Assembly: GCA_026003195.1 (NCBI GenBank)
Contig: BPGU01000004.1
Location: 70,317-134,316 of the forward strand
DNA from: Armatimonadota bacterium
GTDB lineage: Bacteria > Armatimonadota > HRBIN16
Direction of reading: 5' to 3'
Length of the DNA stretch: 64,000 nt
This document shows positions 60,152 through 64,000 of the stretch, piece by piece. The first letter of the stretch is position 1, and every line of letters begins with the position of its first letter. The notes beneath the pieces are model-generated. The model worked only from the letters and a program-made list of their open reading frames with translations, made no database searches and was not told the DNA's origin. The translations under genes were made by a program, and so were the position numbers.

Positions 60152-61009
60152 ATGGCGTCGGTACTGGAAAAAGTTTCTGCGCTGTACACCTCCTTGAACG
60201 AAGCGGAGCGCAAAGTCGCCGACTTTGTGCTGAACCATCCCGAGGAGGCGCGGGGCTGTAGCGTCATTCACCTCAGCGACCGCAGCGGAGTCAGCGAGAC
60301 CACGGTGGTGCGATTCTGCCGCTCTATCGGCTTCAAGGGCTACGCGGATTTCAAGCTGGCGCTGGTCGCCGACCTGGCTCCCCAGCGCGAACCTGTGCCC
60401 GATGTGCATGGCGACGTATCGCCTGAAGACGACCTTCCCCGACTGGTGCAGAAGGTGCTGAACATGGACGTGCAGGCGGTCGCCAGCACGATGGAGTTGC
60501 TGGACATAAAGCAGTTCGAGCGGGCTGTAGACGTCATCGCCAGCGCACGCCGGGTAGCGATATTCGGGGTGGGCAGCTCACTGCCCGTGTGTATGGACCT
60601 GCAGTACCGTCTGCAGCGTTGTGGCATCAACACCCTCTTCTCGGTGGATGACCATCTTCAGGCAATCAACGCCGCTCTGCTGGAGCCGGGTGATGTGGGG
60701 CTGGCGGTATCCTATTCCGGAGCGAGCCGTGAAACGATCGAATCGGTGGAACTGGCGAAAGAGGCAGGCGCACGCACCGTCTGCGTCACCAGCTTCCGAC
60801 GCTCCCCGCTGGCGAAGCTGTGCGACATCTGTCTGGTGACCTCCGCCGGACGCACGCAGTGGCTGGATGAGACCATCACCGCGAGGCTGGTACAGCTGGC
60901 TCTGTTTGACGCGCTGTGTGTGGCGCTGGCTCGCCGAAAGCACGGTGAAGCACTGCCCATTCTGAACAAAATCGCCCGAGCGGTGGAGCGAAAGAGGCAC
61001 ACGGTATGA
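60152..61009 (+). CDS. MurR/RpiR family transcriptional regulator (HTH_6 plus SIS domain)
   Basis: N-terminal HTH (SDRSGVSETTVVRFCRSIGFKGYADFK) and SIS domain (RRVAIFGVGSS). Confidence 0.85.
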   Translation: MASVLEKVSALYTSLNEAERKVADFVLNHPEEARGCSVIHLSDRSGVSETTVVRFCRSIGFKGYADFKLALVADLAPQREPVPDVHGDVSPEDDLPRLVQKVLNMDVQAVASTMELLDIKQFERAVDVIASARRVAIFGVGSSLPVCMDLQYRLQRCGINTLFSVDDHLQAINAALLEPGDVGLAVSYSGASRETIESVELAKEAGARTVCVTSFRRSPLAKLCDICLVTSAGRTQWLDETITARLVQLALFDALCVALARRKHGEALPILNKIARAVERKRHTV

Positions 61010-62679
61010 GCACCCCTCTGCAACTGTTGCTGGGCATCAAAACCGACCCGATAGAGTATCGTTACTCCTACCCCTGGCTGTTCCGACTGGCGACAGAAGA
61101 GGGCGTGGAGTACATCCAGCTGGGGAGTACTTTCGAGTTCTACCTGTTGCCCGACGACTTCTTCCACTGGCTGCGCGAACAGGCGGAAAAGGCAGGGGTG
61201 CGCCTCTATAGCCTGTTCACCGCCCATCGCGAGCTGGGTGGTTTCTTCCGCAATGAGCCGGGCTGGGAAAGCGTCGCGCGGCGCATGTTCGAGCGGTATA
61301 TCCAGATTGGCAGCATTTTGGGAGCGCAATCGGTGGGACACAACCCGGGCGCGGTACTGCGTGACGAGATGCACACCAAAGCGCAGGGAGTCGCCCGCTA
61401 CCTGAAGCACTTCAAGGAGCTCATGCACTTTGCGCACGAGCAGGGCGTGCCCTGGCTGACCATTGAGCCGATGTCGTGTCTCGCCGAACCGCCTACCTTG
61501 CCCGAGGAGATTCGACAGATGGGCGAGGAGCTGGCGGCTTACCACCGCCAGCACCCCCACACCACCGCCCGTGTGGGCTTCTGCGCCGATGTGTCGCACG
61601 GTTACGCCGATGAGGCGGGCAACGTCGTTTGGGAGAACTTGCAAACCTTCGAAGCCACTCTGCCTTATCTGTACGAGGTGCATCTGAAGAATACCGATGT
61701 CCTCTTTCACTCCACCTTCGGTTTCAGCGAAGGGGAAAGGTCTAAAGGTATAGTGCAGATAGAACGGTTTCGCGACCTGCTTCATGCAAACGCACACCTT
61801 TTGCCGGTAGACAGGGTGGTGGGTTATCTGGAAATCTCGGGACCGAAGCTGGGGCGTGACTATAGCGATATCCACCTGGAGAGGCATCTGCGCGAATCGC
61901 TGAGATACCTGCGCGAAACGTGGTGCGCACTCCCGCAGCAGCCTGCAGCGTCATTCCCCACCCTTGCCCAGCCTTCCACAGAGCCGGTGCGTTTCTCGGC
62001 ATCGCTGATGTGCGCCGACCAGCTGAATCTGGAGCCGCATCTGCGCCAGCTGGAAGCGATGGGCGTTCACTATTTGCACGTGGACCTGATGGATGCGCAC
62101 TTCACGCCGAACATGCCGGTCGGTCTGGTGGTGCTAGAACAGCTGTGTGAGCGCACCCATCTGCCTCTGGACGTGCATCTCATGGTGGAGGACAACGACC
62201 TCTTCATCCGCAAGCTGTTGCCGCTGGGGGTACAGATGATTTCGGTGCACGCCGAGTCCGCCCGACATTTAGACCGCACGCTCAGCCTGATTCGCGAGGG
62301 CGGTGCGAAAGCCGGGGTTGCGCTCAACCCTGCCACACCGCTGGACACGCTGGATTACGTGTTAGAAAAACTGGACTTCGTGCTTATCATGGCCGTGAAC
62401 CCGGGTTTCGCCGGACAAAGGCTGATACCACAGACCCTGCGCAAAATCGCCGACTGCCGTCGCTATCTGGACGGACGTGGTTTCACAGAGATGCCCATTC
62501 AGGTGGACGGCAACGTGAGCTTCGAGAACATCCCGAAAATGGTGGCGGCAGGGGCGGATATTCTGGTGCTGGGCTCCAGTAGCCTCTATCATCCGGGGGC
62601 AACGCTCTGGCAGAACGGTCGGCAGGTGATGCAAGCGGTGCAGGAGGGGCTTCGCCGGCGCGCGGGAGGTGAGGCTTAG
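61006..62679 (+). CDS. Fusion protein: xylose-isomerase-like TIM-barrel sugar isomerase/epimerase domain plus ribulose-phosphate 3-epimerase (RPE/AlsE-like) domain
   Basis: Residues 1 to about 310 carry the AP_endonuc_2/XI-like TIM-barrel pattern. Residues from about 325 to the end carry RPE-family motifs (MCADQLNL..., HYLHVDLMDAHFTPN, HLMVEDND, ISVHAES, NPGFAGQRLIP, IQVDGNV). Start overlaps the rpiR stop. Confidence 0.75.
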   Translation: MSTPLQLLLGIKTDPIEYRYSYPWLFRLATEEGVEYIQLGSTFEFYLLPDDFFHWLREQAEKAGVRLYSLFTAHRELGGFFRNEPGWESVARRMFERYIQIGSILGAQSVGHNPGAVLRDEMHTKAQGVARYLKHFKELMHFAHEQGVPWLTIEPMSCLAEPPTLPEEIRQMGEELAAYHRQHPHTTARVGFCADVSHGYADEAGNVVWENLQTFEATLPYLYEVHLKNTDVLFHSTFGFSEGERSKGIVQIERFRDLLHANAHLLPVDRVVGYLEISGPKLGRDYSDIHLERHLRESLRYLRETWCALPQQPAASFPTLAQPSTEPVRFSASLMCADQLNLEPHLRQLEAMGVHYLHVDLMDAHFTPNMPVGLVVLEQLCERTHLPLDVHLMVEDNDLFIRKLLPLGVQMISVHAESARHLDRTLSLIREGGAKAGVALNPATPLDTLDYVLEKLDFVLIMAVNPGFAGQRLIPQTLRKIADCRRYLDGRGFTEMPIQVDGNVSFENIPKMVAAGADILVLGSSSLYHPGATLWQNGRQVMQAVQEGLRRRAGGEA

Positions 62680-63744
62680 GTGAAAGCATTGGTGCTCCAT
62701 GCGATAGGCGATTTACGCTACGAGGAAGTTCCCCAGCCGGAACCCGGCGCGGGCGAGGTGCTGGTGCGTGTAGCGTACTGTGGCGTGTGCGGCTCCGACA
62801 TTCCCCGTATCTTCTCCAAAGGCACATATCGTTTCCCATTGATATGCGGTCATGAGTTTGCAGGTGTCGTGGAACGATGCGGTGAAGGTGTCACAGGCTT
62901 CGCGCCGGGCGACAGGGTGGCAGTCTTCCCCCTGATATGGTGCGGGCAGTGCGCCGCCTGTGAAAAGGGCAGGTATGTGCAGTGCGAGTCGTACGATTAC
63001 CTCGGCTCGCGGCGGGATGGAGCGTTCGCCGAGTATGTGGTGGCACCTGCTCGCAACCTGCTGCGTCTGCCAGAGGGCGTCAGCCTTCAGGAAGGGGCGA
63101 TGACCGAACCGGCAGCGGTGGCGCTCCATGCGCTGCGTCGTGCCGGGGGATGCCAACCGGGCGAAACGGTGGCGATATTTGGCGCGGGACCGATCGGGCT
63201 GATGGTGGCGCAGTGGGCGCGGACGATGGGCGCGTCGCAGGTGGTGCTTTTCGACGTGGTGGAGGAGAAGCTCACGCTGGCAAAGGAGCTGGGCTTTGCG
63301 CACACGTACCACTCCTTACACCATACGCCCGAAGAGGTCATCGTCTCCTGGACAAAGGGTCAGGGGGCGCATCTGTGTATCGAGGCGGCGGGAGTGCCCC
63401 CCGCACTCCTGCAGGCTTGTACCTGCGCCAGAAGGGGAGGACGGGTGGTGATGCTGGGCAACCCCTCGGCGGATGTCACCTTCCCTGCCGCTCTGCTCTC
63501 GCAGCTGATGCGGCGCGAGGTGAACCTGTATGGCACGTGGAACTCGGACTACGCGGTGTATAGCGAAGAGGATGACTGGCATGCCACCCTGCAGGCGATG
63601 GCGTCTGGGCAGTTAGACCTGCTGCCGCTCGTGACCCACCGCGTGCCGTTGAGCCGTGCCGCCGATACCTTGCACGCCATGCGCGATAGAAGGGGGTTCT
63701 TCTGCAAAGTGCTGATATATCCCGACGGACAGGAGGAAGAGTAA
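62680..63744 (+). CDS. Zn-dependent medium-chain dehydrogenase/reductase (sorbitol/threonine-dehydrogenase-like)
   Basis: GTG start after GGAGGTGAGG. Catalytic Zn ligands (CGVCGSD...GHEFAGVV), structural Zn Cys cluster (CGQCAACEKGRYVQC), and NAD motif GAGPIGL. Confidence 0.85.
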   Translation: MKALVLHAIGDLRYEEVPQPEPGAGEVLVRVAYCGVCGSDIPRIFSKGTYRFPLICGHEFAGVVERCGEGVTGFAPGDRVAVFPLIWCGQCAACEKGRYVQCESYDYLGSRRDGAFAEYVVAPARNLLRLPEGVSLQEGAMTEPAAVALHALRRAGGCQPGETVAIFGAGPIGLMVAQWARTMGASQVVLFDVVEEKLTLAKELGFAHTYHSLHHTPEEVIVSWTKGQGAHLCIEAAGVPPALLQACTCARRGGRVVMLGNPSADVTFPAALLSQLMRREVNLYGTWNSDYAVYSEEDDWHATLQAMASGQLDLLPLVTHRVPLSRAADTLHAMRDRRGFFCKVLIYPDGQEEE

Positions 63745-64000
63745 TGCTGGCAGCTGTTCTGGAGAAACTGGGCAAGCTGGTGCTCCGGGAGGTGCCTGAG
63801 CCGGAGATAGACGACGATTCCGCGCTGTTGCGGGTGGAGTCGGTCAGTATCTGCGGCTCGGATGTGCGCATCCTGCACCATGGCAACCCGCGTGTGAAGC
63901 CTCCAGCAATTATCGGGCACGAGGCGGCAGGCGTGGTGGTGAAGGTGGGCAAAAACGTCACGCGCGTGAAGGAAGGCGACCGCGTAGCGATTGGTGCGGA
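63744..64000 (+). CDS. Zn-dependent medium-chain dehydrogenase/reductase, second paralog (5' partial at window end)
   Basis: ATG overlaps the previous stop (TAATG). MLAAVLEKLGKLVLREVPEPEIDDDSALLRVESVSICGSDVRILHHGNPRVKPPAIIGHEAAGVV... The sequence runs off the window. Confidence 0.7.
   Translation, partial: MLAAVLEKLGKLVLREVPEPEIDDDSALLRVESVSICGSDVRILHHGNPRVKPPAIIGHEAAGVVVKVGKNVTRVKEGDRVAIGA

Noticed and set aside
60712-61887. 391-aa minus-strand ORF
   Set aside because: Antisense to the rpiR gene and the TIM-barrel/RPE fusion, both of which have clear domain signatures. No motifs.

Overview
This 64 kb window is a high-GC chromosomal segment from a diderm bacterium, with dense coding on both strands. 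The diderm call rests on an Omp85/BamA-family protein, DsbD, PEP-CTERM proteins and Tat/Sec secretion signals.

Housekeeping blocks that I can support from sequence:
- pilB/gspE-type ATPase at the 5' end.
- dnaX-ybaB-recR operon.
- Classic tuf–rpmG–tRNA-Trp–secE–nusG–rplK–rplA cluster on the minus strand. tRNA-Thr(GGT) and tRNA-Tyr(GTA) sit upstream of it, behind a near-consensus sigma70 promoter.
- lepB, an Omp85 protein, and an ECF sigma / zinc anti-sigma pair.
- ppdK, and dsbD with a membrane thioredoxin.

Accessory content:
- Two secreted proteins ending in dockerin-like repeat pairs.
- Two PEP-CTERM proteins, each with a strong promoter.
- Several Gfo/Idh/MocA oxidoreductases (one Tat-secreted).
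- Xylose-isomerase-like TIM-barrel proteins, including one fused to a ribulose-phosphate-3-epimerase-like domain under an RpiR regulator.
- Two URO-D-family paralogs, two ABC-2 exporters and peptidases (NlpC/P60, S15 CocE/NonD).

Leads most worth follow-up:
- A tightly packed six-gene operon of unassigned membrane proteins at 28.8–32.7 kb.
- A coiled-coil protein with a PD-(D/E)xK-like C-terminus whose gene contains perfect in-frame 42-nt and 102-nt tandem DNA repeats.
- A Tat-signal small protein translationally coupled to a signal-less amidase.
- Tandem Met/Gln-rich secreted paralogs next to apbE.
- A roughly 291-bp element bounded by 19-bp inverted repeats that exactly fills an intergenic gap.
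- An unusually long rplK–rplA spacer with direct repeats.
- An intergenic three-way RNA-like structure carrying UUCG and GNRA tetraloops.

Most long antisense ORFs in the provided track are GC-driven artefacts. All coordinates for RNA genes, promoters and hairpins were read by eye and may be off by 1–2 nt.
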